Notes: generated from the sequence alone by a model not told the origin. DNA of 64,000 bases from Spirochaetia bacterium (GCA_965203055.1 OZ241863.1:3648001-3712000); one strand, 5' to 3'. Positions 50,347-60,667 are shown, counted from the first letter of the stretch. Numbers and translations are program-made.

Positions 50347-51366
50347 TCAGTTGGAAACCGCGCTCGAGACGGCGTCCAGCCAGGCTTGCCTGGCGGCGTC
50401 GAGCGCCTCCCGGTTGGCCGGAAAGTAGCCGACGTCGACCACTTCTTCGTTGACGTACGTCAGATAGAAGGCGACGAAGGCCGCCGCCTGCGGCTTCTCC
50501 AGCATGATGTCGGCCGTGGTGTAGATGAACAGCGGCCGCGCCAGCGGATAGGACGCGTCGTCCACGCTCTCCTTGCTCGCCTCGACGCCGTCGATGTTGA
50601 GCACCCGCAGCTTGTCGGCGTTCTCGGAGTAATACGCGTAGCCGAAGAAGCCGACCGAATAGGGCCCGCCGAGCACGCCCTGCACGAGGATGTTGTCATC
50701 TTCGCTCATCTGCAGGTTGGCGGCGCTCAGAATCGGCTCCATCTCGTGGTCGAACACCGCTTCCACGAAGTAGTCGAAGGTGCCGCTGTCGGTGCCGGGA
50801 ATGAAGCGTTGAATCGGCTCATCGGGCCACCTCGAATCGATGTCCCTCCAGCTCGCGGCAGTGCTGAACAGCGCGGCAAGCTGCGCCAGGTCGACGTCGT
50901 CCGCGAAGGTGTTCTCCTTGCTGACCACGACCGCCAGCGCGTCGGTGCCGACCCGCATCTCGATCGGCTGGCGGCCGATGGCGTTGCAGGATTCCACTTC
51001 CTGCGCCCTGATCGGACGGCTGGCATTGGCGACGTCGGTCTCGCCCGCGGTGCAGAAGCGCTCGAAGCCGGCGCCGCTGCCGATGCTGTCTACGGTGACG
51101 TTGTCCGGGAAGCCTTCGTCCTTGAACCGCTCGACCATGCGCTCCGACAGGGGGAACACGGTAGAGCTGCCCGCGGTAACGATGTTGCCCGTTACTTCCA
51201 GAGGGTTGATTCCCGGCAGCATGGGATCGTCCGACTCTTCGGTAATGAAGGCCCAGCTGGCCTCCTCTTCGCCGCCGCCCCCGGCGCTCGCCAGGGCGCC
51301 GCAGAGCAGCAGCGCCGGGACCAGCAAGCCGCGTGCCCGGCGCGCTGACGTACGTGAATGAGACAA
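50347..51366 (-). CDS. pstS: Phosphate ABC transporter substrate-binding protein
   Basis: AGSSTVFP, GSGAGF, ANASR, DSGTFDYF, YPLARPLFIY; AAGGAG RBS. Confidence 0.93.
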   Translation of the reverse strand: MSHSRTSARRARGLLVPALLLCGALASAGGGGEEEASWAFITEESDDPMLPGINPLEVTGNIVTAGSSTVFPLSERMVERFKDEGFPDNVTVDSIGSGAGFERFCTAGETDVANASRPIRAQEVESCNAIGRQPIEMRVGTDALAVVVSKENTFADDVDLAQLAALFSTAASWRDIDSRWPDEPIQRFIPGTDSGTFDYFVEAVFDHEMEPILSAANLQMSEDDNILVQGVLGGPYSVGFFGYAYYSENADKLRVLNIDGVEASKESVDDASYPLARPLFIYTTADIMLEKPQAAAFVAFYLTYVNEEVVDVGYFPANREALDAARQAWLDAVSSAVSN

Positions 51367-51417
51367 GGGAGTTTCTCCTTATCGAACGAAATGGTGTGGC
51401 CGCAAGGTAGCGGCGCG

Positions 51418-51457
51418 GCTTTAGGGTTCTGCTAGAGGACTGTTAGGGTAGTGTGAG
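51418..51457 (-). promoter_or_regulatory. Putative Pho box: four direct repeats at 11-bp period upstream of pstS
   Basis: Minus strand CTCACAC, CTAACAG, CTAGCAG, CTAAAGC spaced exactly 11 bp apart, followed by -10-like TACCTT (51404-51409). Confidence 0.6.
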
Positions 51458-51511
51458 CCGCGCAGCGGCTTGGTGGAATGGCGCGCGGCCGGTAGGCGCG
51501 GCCGCAGCCCG

Positions 51512-54271
51512 CTAGCGGGTAAGGGTGTCGGGCGCCTCGGAGTCCACCTCCAGGTCGGCCAGCGCCCGTTGCGCCGTCGCCGGCGCCACCTCGCCCGCCT
51601 CGGCCAGGGCGCCGAGCGCCGTCGCCGTGATGTGGCGGGCGTCCACCTGGAAGTAGTCGCGCAGCGCGGCGCGGGTCTCGCTGCGCCCGAAGCCGTCCGT
51701 GCCCAGCGCCACCAGCGGTCCCGGCAGATGGCTGGCCAAGGCGCGCGGCAGCACCTTCAGGTAGTCGGAGGCGGCCACGCACACGCCCTGCTCGCCGGCG
51801 AACGCCTGCTGCAGGTAGCTCTGCCGGCGCGCTCCCGGATGCAGCGCGTTCCAGCGTTCCACCGCGTTGATGTCGTTATACAGCTCCTTGTAGCTGGTCA
51901 CGCTCCACACGTCGGCCGCCACCCCGTAGCCGCGCAACAGTTCCTGCGCGGCGCGCGCCTCGTTGAGAATGGTGCCGCTGCCGAGCAGGTGGGCGCGCGG
52001 CCTGCCCTTGGCCGCCGGCGCCCGCGACAGGCGGTAGATACCGCGCAGGATCCCCTCCCGGGCGCCTTCAGGCATGGCCGGCATCGGATAGTTCTCGTTC
52101 ATTACGGTGAGGTAATAGAAGAGATCTTCCTGCTTGTCGTACATGCGCTCGAGGCCGTCGCGGATGATCACCGCCAGCTCGTAGGCGTATGCCGGGTCGT
52201 AGGCCTTCAGGTTGGGAATGCTCAGCGCGGCCACGTGACTGTGCCCGTCCTGATGCTGCAGCCCCTCTCCGTTGAGGGTCGTGCGCCCGGCGGTTCCGCC
52301 CAGGAAGAAGCCCTTGGCGCGCATGTCGCCCGCCGCCCAGATCAGGTCGCCCACGCGCTGGAATCCGAACATCGAGTAGAAGATGTAGAACGGGATCGTA
52401 TTGATGCCGTGGGTGGCGTGGGCGGTGCCGGCGGCAATGAAGCTGGAGAACGATCCGGCCTCGGTAATGCCTTCCTCCAGCACCTGGCCGTCGGTGGCCT
52501 CGCGGTAGTAGAGCAGGTTCTCCTTGTCGACCGGTTCGTACAACTGGCCGAGGCTGCTGTAGATGCCCACCTGGCGAAACAGCGCCTCCATGCCGAAGGT
52601 GCGCGCCTCGTCCGGCACGATGGGCACCAGCAGCTTGCCGATTTCCTTGTCGCGCAGCAGCTTCGACAGAATGCGCACGAACACCATGGTGGTGGACACC
52701 GGGCGCTCGCCGGTGCCGGCGTAGAACTCGCGGAATACTTCTTCGGGAGGGGCCGGCAGCGGCGGCGCCTGCGGGGAGCGGACCGGCAGGCAGCCGCCCA
52801 GCTCCCGGCGCCGGTCATACAGGTAGCGCAGTTCCTCGCTCTCCTCCGGCGGGCGGTAGAAAGGCGCCTTGGCGACCTGATCGTCGGAGATCGGGATCCC
52901 GAAGCGGGTGCGAAAGGTGGCCAGCTCGTCTTCGTTGAGCTTCTTCTGCTGATGGGTGATGTTCTTGCCCTCGCCGCTCTCGCCCAGGCCGTATCCCTTG
53001 ATGGTCTGCGCCAATACCACGGTGGGCGCCCCGCGGTGACGTACCGCGGCGTGGTAGGCGGCGTACACCTTCTCGGGGTCGTGACCGCCGCGCCGCAGCT
53101 TCTGGAGCTGCTCGTCGGAGTAGTGCTCGACCATCTCCAGCAGGCGCGGGTCGGTACCGAAGAAATCGTTGCGGATGTAGTCGCCGCTGGCCACGGTGTA
53201 CTTCTGGAACTGGCCGTCGACCGTCTCGTTCATGCGCCGCACCAGCACGCCGTCGGCGTCCTTCTCCAGCAGCGGATCCCAATCGCCGCCCCAGATCACC
53301 TTGATCACGTTCCAGCCGGCGCCGCGGAACGCCGCCTCCAGCTCCTGGATGATCTTGCCGTTGCCGCGCACCGGGCCGTCCAGACGCTGCAGGTTGCAGT
53401 TGATCACCCAGATCAGGTTGTCCAGCTTCTCGCGCGCGGCCAAGGTGATCGAGCCGAGCGACTCCGGCTCGTCCATCTCGCCGTCGCCGAGGAACGCCCA
53501 CACCTTCTGCGCCGAGGTGTCGTGCAGCCCGCGGTCGCGCAGGTAGCGGTTGAAGCGCGCCTGGTAGATCGACATGATCGGCGTCAGCCCCATCGATACC
53601 GACGGCGAGAACCAGAAGTCGGGCATCAGCCAGGGGTGCGGATAGGAGGAGAGTCCGCCGCCCGGCTGCAGCTCGCGGCGAAAGTTGCCGAGCTGCCGCT
53701 CGGTGAGCCGCCCCTCCAGGTAGGCGCGGGCGTACATGCCGGGCGCGGAGTGGCCCTGGAAGTAGACGATGTCCCCGCCGCCGGGGGCGGCCGGGCCGCG
53801 CAGGAAGTGGTTCTGGGCCACCTCGATCAAGGTGGCGCCGGACGCGAACGAGGAGATGTGGCCGCCGATGTTGTCGGAGGTCCGGTTGGCGCGCACCACC
53901 ATCGCCATGGCGTTCCAGCGGATGATCGACTTGATGCGGCGCTCGATCTCGCGGCGCCCGGGCAGCACCGGCTGGTGGGAACGGGGAATGGTATTCACGT
54001 ATGGGGTATTGGCGGTGAAGGGCAGCTCCGCGCCGCGCTGGTGGGCGTAGCGCCGCAACTCGGTCAGCAGAAAGCGGGCGCGCTCCGCGCCGCCGCTGCG
54101 GATCACGTACTCCAGGGAGTCGATCCACTCGCCAAGCTCGTCGTCCGGCATGGCCTGCACCGGCGCCGGCGCCGGCGCCGCGCGGCCATTGGCGCCGGCA
54201 GCCGGCAACGGCATTCCGGGGGCCGGCGCCTGGCCGTTGCCGACAAGCTGCTCGACCTTGGTGTCACTCAT
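51512..54271 (-). CDS. aceE: Pyruvate dehydrogenase E1 (homodimeric)
   Basis: IRWNA, GGHISS, GLSSYPHP, GDGEMDEPES, EGLQHQDG, LGTDGFGRS. Confidence 0.96.
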   Translation of the reverse strand: MSDTKVEQLVGNGQAPAPGMPLPAAGANGRAAPAPAPVQAMPDDELGEWIDSLEYVIRSGGAERARFLLTELRRYAHQRGAELPFTANTPYVNTIPRSHQPVLPGRREIERRIKSIIRWNAMAMVVRANRTSDNIGGHISSFASGATLIEVAQNHFLRGPAAPGGGDIVYFQGHSAPGMYARAYLEGRLTERQLGNFRRELQPGGGLSSYPHPWLMPDFWFSPSVSMGLTPIMSIYQARFNRYLRDRGLHDTSAQKVWAFLGDGEMDEPESLGSITLAAREKLDNLIWVINCNLQRLDGPVRGNGKIIQELEAAFRGAGWNVIKVIWGGDWDPLLEKDADGVLVRRMNETVDGQFQKYTVASGDYIRNDFFGTDPRLLEMVEHYSDEQLQKLRRGGHDPEKVYAAYHAAVRHRGAPTVVLAQTIKGYGLGESGEGKNITHQQKKLNEDELATFRTRFGIPISDDQVAKAPFYRPPEESEELRYLYDRRRELGGCLPVRSPQAPPLPAPPEEVFREFYAGTGERPVSTTMVFVRILSKLLRDKEIGKLLVPIVPDEARTFGMEALFRQVGIYSSLGQLYEPVDKENLLYYREATDGQVLEEGITEAGSFSSFIAAGTAHATHGINTIPFYIFYSMFGFQRVGDLIWAAGDMRAKGFFLGGTAGRTTLNGEGLQHQDGHSHVAALSIPNLKAYDPAYAYELAVIIRDGLERMYDKQEDLFYYLTVMNENYPMPAMPEGAREGILRGIYRLSRAPAAKGRPRAHLLGSGTILNEARAAQELLRGYGVAADVWSVTSYKELYNDINAVERWNALHPGARRQSYLQQAFAGEQGVCVAASDYLKVLPRALASHLPGPLVALGTDGFGRSETRAALRDYFQVDARHITATALGALAEAGEVAPATAQRALADLEVDSEAPDTLTR

Positions 54272-54362
54272 TCAGTCCCCTCCATTGCCATTTGGCCATC
54301 CGTCCGCGCGGCGCAGTCCCCGAGGGACGGCGCCGGCGGCGGGTCCAACGCGCACCGTACCA

Positions 54363-55325
54363 TCAGTCGGCAGCCCGTTCCAGTGCGGCCAGCTCGTGCG
54401 CGGTCAGCTCCAGCTCGGCGGCGCGGGCGCAGTCGGCGAACTCCTGCGCGGTACATGCCCCTACCAGGGGGAAGACGTTCAGACCGCTGCCGAACAGGTA
54501 CGCCAGCGCCACCTGCGGCACGCTCACGCCGCGCGCGCCGGCGATCTCCCGGGCGGCGTCGTAGCGCCGGAAGTTCTCCTCGGTGCCGTAGGTCTCCGCG
54601 CTCAGCTTGAGGAGACCTTCAGGCGCGGCTTCCAGGTTGTCACGCCGCAACAGCCCCGAGAAGAAGCCTCCGGCCAGGCTCGACCACACCAGCAGCGGCA
54701 TCTCCGCGCGCCGGTACCAGGCGCGGTCCGCGGCGCCGTCCGGGCCGCTGATGGAAAGACATTCGGGCCATGGCGCGCGCCGCTGCACCGCCAGGCTGAA
54801 GTTGGGGCTGCTGGCGCGCAGCGGCGGCAAGCCGTGCTGCGCGGCGTACTCGTTCGCCGCGCGGATGCGCGCCGGCGACCAGTTGGAGCCGCCGCAGGCG
54901 TGGATGCGGCCGGCCGCCTGGTGGCGCGCCAAGGCGTCGATGATCGGCGCCACCGGCAGCTCGGGATCATCGCGGTGCAGCAGGTACAGGTCCACGTAGT
55001 CGGTACGCAGCCGCGCCAGCGAGTCCATCAGATCCGACTCCAGGTCGTAGGGGGTCACCCGGCGGCGGTCTTCGTTGTGGTGGCAGCCCTTGCCCACGAT
55101 CACCACCTGGTCGCGGTTGCCGCGCGCCTCCATCCACAAGCCGAGCACGCGGTCGGCATCGCCGCGGCCATAGCCGTGAGCGGTATCGAACGTCGTGCCG
55201 CCCTGCTCGAACACCGCGTCGAGCAGGGCGAAGTCCTCCTCCAGGCGTTCCCGGCTGAGCATGACGGTGCCCTGGATGATCCGGGCAAGGGGCTTGTCCA
55301 GCCCGTCGATGCGCTGATAGATCAT
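54363..55325 (-). CDS. Aldo/keto reductase
   Basis: FDTAHGYG, SLARLRTDYVDLYLLHRDD, GGSNW, WSSLAGG. Confidence 0.88.
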   Translation of the reverse strand: MIYQRIDGLDKPLARIIQGTVMLSRERLEEDFALLDAVFEQGGTTFDTAHGYGRGDADRVLGLWMEARGNRDQVVIVGKGCHHNEDRRRVTPYDLESDLMDSLARLRTDYVDLYLLHRDDPELPVAPIIDALARHQAAGRIHACGGSNWSPARIRAANEYAAQHGLPPLRASSPNFSLAVQRRAPWPECLSISGPDGAADRAWYRRAEMPLLVWSSLAGGFFSGLLRRDNLEAAPEGLLKLSAETYGTEENFRRYDAAREIAGARGVSVPQVALAYLFGSGLNVFPLVGACTAQEFADCARAAELELTAHELAALERAAD

Positions 55326-56332
55326 GCGATTCCTCCTGCCGGGCGCTCGAAGGGGTAGCGCAGGCCGATGCGGCGCCGGGCGGCGTCGAGCGTCTCGCTG
55401 ATGGCGATCGACTCCGCCAGGGGCAGCAGCGGCGACTCGCCGGCGCCGGCGCGCAGCAGTTCCATGAAGTGCTCGGCCTCGTAGTTGAAGCCATTGCCGC
55501 GCAGCGGAAAGCGGCGCTCCTCCGGCTCCGCGCCGGCGCGGTGGACGGCGAGCAGCTCGCTGCACCAGAACGGCGCGGCGACGGTAACGTAGCCCTCGCT
55601 GCCGGCGATGGCGGCGGCCTGCGGGGAGCGCACCGTGATGCCGCACACCAGCGCGGCAACGGCGCCGTTGCGGTAGCCGAGGGCCACCACGGCGCGCTCG
55701 TCGACGCCGGTCGCGCCGAGGTGGGCGCTGGCGGTCACGGTGTCGGGAGTTCCCAGCACCATGGAGGCCATGGCCACGCAGTACACGCCGATGTCGAGCA
55801 GCGCGCCGCCCGCCAGCTCCGGGGCGAACAACCGGCTGGCGGGATCGACCTGCGCGGCGAAGCCGAAGTCGCACTGCAGCAGCGCGGGCGCGCCGATCTC
55901 GCCGGCCTGCAGCAGGCGGCGGAGGGCGGCGGTGGCCGGGAGGAAGCGGGTCCACATGCCCTCCATCAGCAGCACCCCGCGGTCGCGGGCGCAGGCGGCG
56001 ACGGCGCGGGCTTCAGCGGCGTTGACCGCCAGCGGCTTCTCGCACAGCACCGGCTTGCCGGCTTCCAGGCAGAGGCGGCAGGCCGGCGCATGCTGGGGAT
56101 GCGGAGTCGCCACGTAGACGGCGTCTACGGCCGGGTCCGCGGCCAGCTCGGCGTAGCTGCCATGCGCCCGCGGCGCGCCGTAGCGGGCGGCGAACGCCGC
56201 GGCGCGGTCGGCATCGCGCGACCCCACCGCCGCCAGCCGCGCGCCGGCGGCGTCGCGCAGTCCTGCGGCAAAGCGATGGGCGATGCGCCCAGGTCCCAGA
56301 ATGCCCCAGTTGACCGGCTCCGGCGTCTGCAC
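55322..56332 (-). CDS. Gfo/Idh/MocA family oxidoreductase
   Basis: WGILGPGRIA, VYVATPH, LCEKP, GGALLDIGVY. Confidence 0.9.
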   Translation of the reverse strand: MQTPEPVNWGILGPGRIAHRFAAGLRDAAGARLAAVGSRDADRAAAFAARYGAPRAHGSYAELAADPAVDAVYVATPHPQHAPACRLCLEAGKPVLCEKPLAVNAAEARAVAACARDRGVLLMEGMWTRFLPATAALRRLLQAGEIGAPALLQCDFGFAAQVDPASRLFAPELAGGALLDIGVYCVAMASMVLGTPDTVTASAHLGATGVDERAVVALGYRNGAVAALVCGITVRSPQAAAIAGSEGYVTVAAPFWCSELLAVHRAGAEPEERRFPLRGNGFNYEAEHFMELLRAGAGESPLLPLAESIAISETLDAARRRIGLRYPFERPAGGIA

Positions 56333-56508
56333 GGCGCGCAGCTTAGCCGCTAGCGCCACGGTACGCCAAGCGCCGCGCGCCCGCCGCGCGCGCGGCGGGC
56401 GCGGGCGGCGGGCGCGGGCGGCGGCTCGCTGCCCCGGACTGCCGCCGGGGCGTGAGCCCGGTATAGTGCCGCCGGGTTGGCGCACCGGCCACCGTGGAGG
56501 AGACCCGC

Positions 56509-58188
56509 ATGCAAGTTCCGCAGACCATTACCGGCGGCCAGGCGCTGGCCTACGGCGCGACGCGCGCCGGCGTCGGTTGCGTCACCGCCTATCCCGGCTC
56601 GCCCAGCTCGGCGACCGTAGCCACGCTGGTCGAGTTGCTGCGCGCCGGGGAGGGCGCCGGCTGCCATCTGGAGTGGTCCGCCAACGAGCGGGTGGCGCTG
56701 GAGGTAGCGATCGGCGCCTGCCTCGGCGGACGGCGCTCCCTGGTGTGCACCAAGAGCGTCGGCCTGAACGTGATGATCGATCCTCTGATGGCGTTGAACC
56801 TGACGCCCCTCAGCAGCGGGATGGTGATCATCGCCGGCGACGATCCCGGCGCCTACGGGTCGCAGAACGATCAGGATTCGCGGGCGCTGGCCGATCTGTT
56901 CGAGTTGCCGATGCTGGAGCCGGCGGCGCCGGGCGCCGGGCTGCGGATGGTAGCGGAGGCGTTTACCGCTTCGGAGCGCTTCGGCTTGCCGGTGGTGGTG
57001 CGCGTCACCCGCAGCTTCGACGCCTGCCGGGAGGCCGCCGGCGGCGGCGATGGCTTCTCCTGGCAGGTACGCCGCGGCCGGGCGGCGCGCGCAACGCTCC
57101 GCTACGTGCCCTACCCCGGCAATGCGGTGGCGAAACATCGCGCGCTGCACCGCACCCTGCAGCGCGCTGAGGAGTGGGTCGCCGGCGCGGCCTTCAACCG
57201 CGCCGCCGCCGCTCGGGTGGACACGGATGAGGCGCGGCCCGCCCGCGGCATCATCAGCGCCGGCTTCTGCTCGCGCAAGCTGGCCGACGTGATCGGCGCT
57301 GCCGCCGCCGGCACGCCGCCGGCCGCCGCCGTGGGGCGCGCCGCCGTGGGGCGGCTGGAGTTGGGGGCCATCTTCCCGCTGCCGGCCGCGCCGCTGCGCG
57401 CCTTCCTGGCGGCCCACGACGAGGTGCTGGTGCTGGAAGAGAACGAACCCTACCTGGAGCAGCGCATCGCCGCGTTGGCCCACGCCCGGCGCCTGACCAC
57501 CCGCGTGCGCGGCAAGCTGACCGGGGAGGTGGCGCGCTGCGGCGAGCTGTACCGCTGGCAGATCGCGGACGCGCTAGCCGGCTTCGCCCCGGAGCTGCCG
57601 CTGAACGGCCGGTACTCCGCGGCCGGCGAACCGGCGGAGCGCCCGCCGCGGCGCGATCACTGCGCCGGCTGCCCGTTCGCCCGCCTCCTCGACGCGGTGC
57701 GGGAATGGCTGCGGGCCGCCGGCCGCGATGCCTGGCTGGTGGCCGACCCCGGCTGTCTGGTCGCCGAAGCGCCGCGCCTGGACGCCAAGTACGCGCTCGG
57801 ATCGGCGGTGGCGGTAGCCGACGGGTTGCTGCGCGCCGGCCAGGACGCGGTGGCGCTGTTCGGCGACTCGGCGTTCTTCCACGCCGCGCTGCCCGCGCTG
57901 TGCAACGCCTACGCCCATGGCGCCGACCTGGCGGCTATCGTGGCCGACAACGCCGGCGCGGTGACCACCGGGCGCCAGCCCCATCCCGGCAGCGGGCGCT
58001 CGGCCCTGGGAACCCCCGCGCCGCGTCTCGACCTGCTGGCAGTGGCGCGCGCCTGCGGCGCCAGCCATGCCGCGCGGGTGCCGCTGAGCGCATTGCCGGA
58101 GGCCCTGCCGGCCGCCTTGGAGGGTCCCGGGGTGCGGGTCCTGGTGGTGGACGCGCCGTGCGGCCGCGGGGAGACGGCGGCGGTATAA
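56509..58188 (+). CDS. iorA: Indolepyruvate:ferredoxin oxidoreductase alpha-subunit-like ThDP enzyme
   Basis: AYPGSPS, EWSANERVALE, KSVGLNV, DDPG..SQNDQDSR, CAGCP, GDSAFFH, DN...TGRQP. Confidence 0.8.
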   Translation: MQVPQTITGGQALAYGATRAGVGCVTAYPGSPSSATVATLVELLRAGEGAGCHLEWSANERVALEVAIGACLGGRRSLVCTKSVGLNVMIDPLMALNLTPLSSGMVIIAGDDPGAYGSQNDQDSRALADLFELPMLEPAAPGAGLRMVAEAFTASERFGLPVVVRVTRSFDACREAAGGGDGFSWQVRRGRAARATLRYVPYPGNAVAKHRALHRTLQRAEEWVAGAAFNRAAAARVDTDEARPARGIISAGFCSRKLADVIGAAAAGTPPAAAVGRAAVGRLELGAIFPLPAAPLRAFLAAHDEVLVLEENEPYLEQRIAALAHARRLTTRVRGKLTGEVARCGELYRWQIADALAGFAPELPLNGRYSAAGEPAERPPRRDHCAGCPFARLLDAVREWLRAAGRDAWLVADPGCLVAEAPRLDAKYALGSAVAVADGLLRAGQDAVALFGDSAFFHAALPALCNAYAHGADLAAIVADNAGAVTTGRQPHPGSGRSALGTPAPRLDLLAVARACGASHAARVPLSALPEALPAALEGPGVRVLVVDAPCGRGETAAV

Positions 58189-58199
58189 TCGGCGGCAAG

Positions 58200-58667
58200 A
58201 TGTACAGCTTCCTGCTCGCCGCCCACTCCTGGCTGCGCTACCCCGTGCTGCTGATGGTGCTGCTCGTACTGTTGCGCAGCGCCGCGGGACTGCTCCGCGG
58301 CCGCGCCTGGGGCGGTGCCGACGAGGGTCTTGGCCGCTGGCTGATCCGGGTCTGGGACCTGCAGTTCCTGCTCGGACTGGTGCTCTACTTCCTGAGTCCG
58401 ATCACCCAGTTCGCGTTGGCCAATTTCGGGGAGACGCTCGCTGACCGGCAGCTCCGCGTGATTACCGTGGAGCATCCGCTGCTCATGCTGCTGGCGACCG
58501 CGGCGCTGCACGTCGGTTGGGTACGCGCGCGCCGCAGCGCCGACGACCGCGGCAGGCTGCTGCGCTGGCTGCTGTTCGCCGCCGCGGCGGCGTTGCTGAC
58601 GGCAATTGCGATTCCCTGGGAGGGGCGCCCGCTGCTGCGAATCTCCGCCGGCCCGTTGCCATTGTAG
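58200..58667 (+). CDS. Four-TM membrane protein of unknown function
   Basis: HSWLRY, LQFLLGLVLYF, VEHPLLM, AIPW hydrophobic pattern. Confidence 0.7.
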   Translation: MYSFLLAAHSWLRYPVLLMVLLVLLRSAAGLLRGRAWGGADEGLGRWLIRVWDLQFLLGLVLYFLSPITQFALANFGETLADRQLRVITVEHPLLMLLATAALHVGWVRARRSADDRGRLLRWLLFAAAAALLTAIAIPWEGRPLLRISAGPLPL

Positions 58668-58801
58668 CGGCGGACGCCCTCCCCGTTGCCACGGGCGGAC
58701 CGCCCGGATACTGTGCCGTGGGCGCCCGCTTCCGCTTTGCGTACCGTCATTGCGCACCGGGTCACCCGTTTACCATTACCTGCCGACTCAAAGGAGCCGC
58801 C

Positions 58802-60664
58802 ATGAGCGCCAGCACCGCTGCCCTGCAATATCGAGCCGAGATGCTCCGCATCCACTCCCTGAACATGACCACCGCGGCCGCCTCGGGCCATCCCACTACC
58901 TGCCTCTCCGCCGCCGAGATCATGAGCGTGCTGTTCTTCGACCGGATGCGCCACGACCCGCGCCGCCCCGAGGCGCTGGACAACGATGAGTTCGTGCTCT
59001 CCAAGGGCCACGGGGCGCCGCTGCTGTACGCCGCCTACGCCGAGGCCGGAACCATTCCGGTAGCCGAGCTGGAGCGGTTGCGCACCTTCGACAGCCGCCT
59101 GGAGGGACACCCGATTCCCGGCCGGGCGCCCGGCGTGCGGGTGGCTACCGGGTCGCTGGGGCAGGGGCTCGCCGCCGCTATCGGCATGGCCCTGGCCATC
59201 GATCACGATGGCAGCGACCGGCGGGTGTACGTGCTCCTGGGCGACGGCGAGATGGCGGAGGGCTCGGTGTGGGAGGCGATGAATCTGGCGCCCCATCTGC
59301 GGCTGAGCAACCTCTGCGCCGTGCTCGACATGAATCGCCTGGGGCAGAGCGACCCCACGCTGTTCGAATGGGACGGCGCCGGCTACGCCGCCAAGGCCGC
59401 CGCGTTCGGCTGGAACGTTCACCAGTGCGACGGCCACGACGTCGCCGCGCTGCAAGCGGCATTCACCGCGGCGCACGCCGCGGCGGGTCCCAGCTTCATC
59501 ATAGCGCGCACCGTCAAGGGCAAGGGCGTGAGCTTTCTCGAAGACAACGAGGCAATGCACGGCAAAGCGGTCCCCGCGGCGCAGCTTGCCGCCGCGCTGG
59601 CCGAAGTGCAGGCGCGGGCGGACGCCGCCGGCCACTCACCGGCCGCGGCCCCGGCCGGCGCCTCCGGCCACGCCGCCGCGGCGCCGCCTGCCACGCCGGC
59701 CGGCGCGCCCCTCTGCTTGACCACCAGCTACGCCAAAGGAGAGAAGATCGCGACCCGCAAGGCCTACGGCGCCGCGCTCGCCAAGCTCGGCGCCCAGGAT
59801 CCGACCATGTTCGTGCTCGACGCCGACGTCAAGAACTCCACCTTCACCGACGCGTTCTTCGCCGCGTTTCCCGAGCGCAGCGTGGAGTGCTACATCGCCG
59901 AGCAGAACATGCTCGGCATCGCCACCGGCCTGCAGGCGCGCGGCAAACGCGCCTTCGCGGCCACCTTCGCGGCGTTCCTGTCGCGCGCCTACGATCACAT
60001 CCGCATGGCCGCCCATTCCCGGGCCGATCTCAAGCTGGCCGGCTCCCACACCGGCGTGTCGATCGGCGAGGACGGCCCCTCGCAGATGGGCCTGGAAGAC
60101 GTCGCCATGCTGCGCGCCGTCCTCGGCAGCGTGGTGCTCTGCCCCGCCGACGGCGTGGCGGCGGAGAAACTGACCTGCCTGAGCGCCAACTACGACGGTA
60201 TTTCGTACGTCCGCACCGCGCGGCCCGACAGCGCGGTGATCTACTCCAACGACGAGGAGTTCACGCTCGGCGGCAGCAAGGTGCTGCGGCAGTCGGCCGC
60301 CGACCGCGTGACCCTGGCAGCGGCCGGGGTGACGTTGCACGAAGCGCTGGCCGCGGCCGAGCTGCTGGCCGCCGCCGGTATCGCCGCGCGGGTCATCGAC
60401 TGCTACTCGATCAAACCGCTGGATGCCGCCACCTTGCGCCGGGCGGCGCAGGAGACCGAGGCGATCGTCACGGCCGAAGACCACTACCCCGAGGGCGGCC
60501 TGGGCGAGGCGCTGGCCGCCGCGGTGGCCGGCAGCGGCACCCCGGTGCAGGTGCTGGCGGTGACCCGCGCGCCGCACTCCGGCACCGGCGCCGAGCTGCT
60601 GGCCGAGCAGGGGCTGGACGCGGCGGGCATCGCCGCCGCCGCCAAGGGCGCCCTGGCCGGCTGA
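58802..60664 (+). CDS. tkt: Transketolase
   Basis: SGHPT, LSKGH, LEGHP, TGSLGQG, GDGE, IGEDGPSQM. Confidence 0.93.
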   Translation: MSASTAALQYRAEMLRIHSLNMTTAAASGHPTTCLSAAEIMSVLFFDRMRHDPRRPEALDNDEFVLSKGHGAPLLYAAYAEAGTIPVAELERLRTFDSRLEGHPIPGRAPGVRVATGSLGQGLAAAIGMALAIDHDGSDRRVYVLLGDGEMAEGSVWEAMNLAPHLRLSNLCAVLDMNRLGQSDPTLFEWDGAGYAAKAAAFGWNVHQCDGHDVAALQAAFTAAHAAAGPSFIIARTVKGKGVSFLEDNEAMHGKAVPAAQLAAALAEVQARADAAGHSPAAAPAGASGHAAAAPPATPAGAPLCLTTSYAKGEKIATRKAYGAALAKLGAQDPTMFVLDADVKNSTFTDAFFAAFPERSVECYIAEQNMLGIATGLQARGKRAFAATFAAFLSRAYDHIRMAAHSRADLKLAGSHTGVSIGEDGPSQMGLEDVAMLRAVLGSVVLCPADGVAAEKLTCLSANYDGISYVRTARPDSAVIYSNDEEFTLGGSKVLRQSAADRVTLAAAGVTLHEALAAAELLAAAGIAARVIDCYSIKPLDAATLRRAAQETEAIVTAEDHYPEGGLGEALAAAVAGSGTPVQVLAVTRAPHSGTGAELLAEQGLDAAGIAAAAKGALAG

Positions 60665-60667
60665 GCG

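Noticed and set aside
51470..54610. 1046-aa + strand ORF and many other long overlapping ORFs (e.g. 41865-43850, 35841-37604, 19282-20901)
   Set aside because: Antisense or alternate-frame shadows of well-supported genes; expected at high GC; no recognisable motifs.
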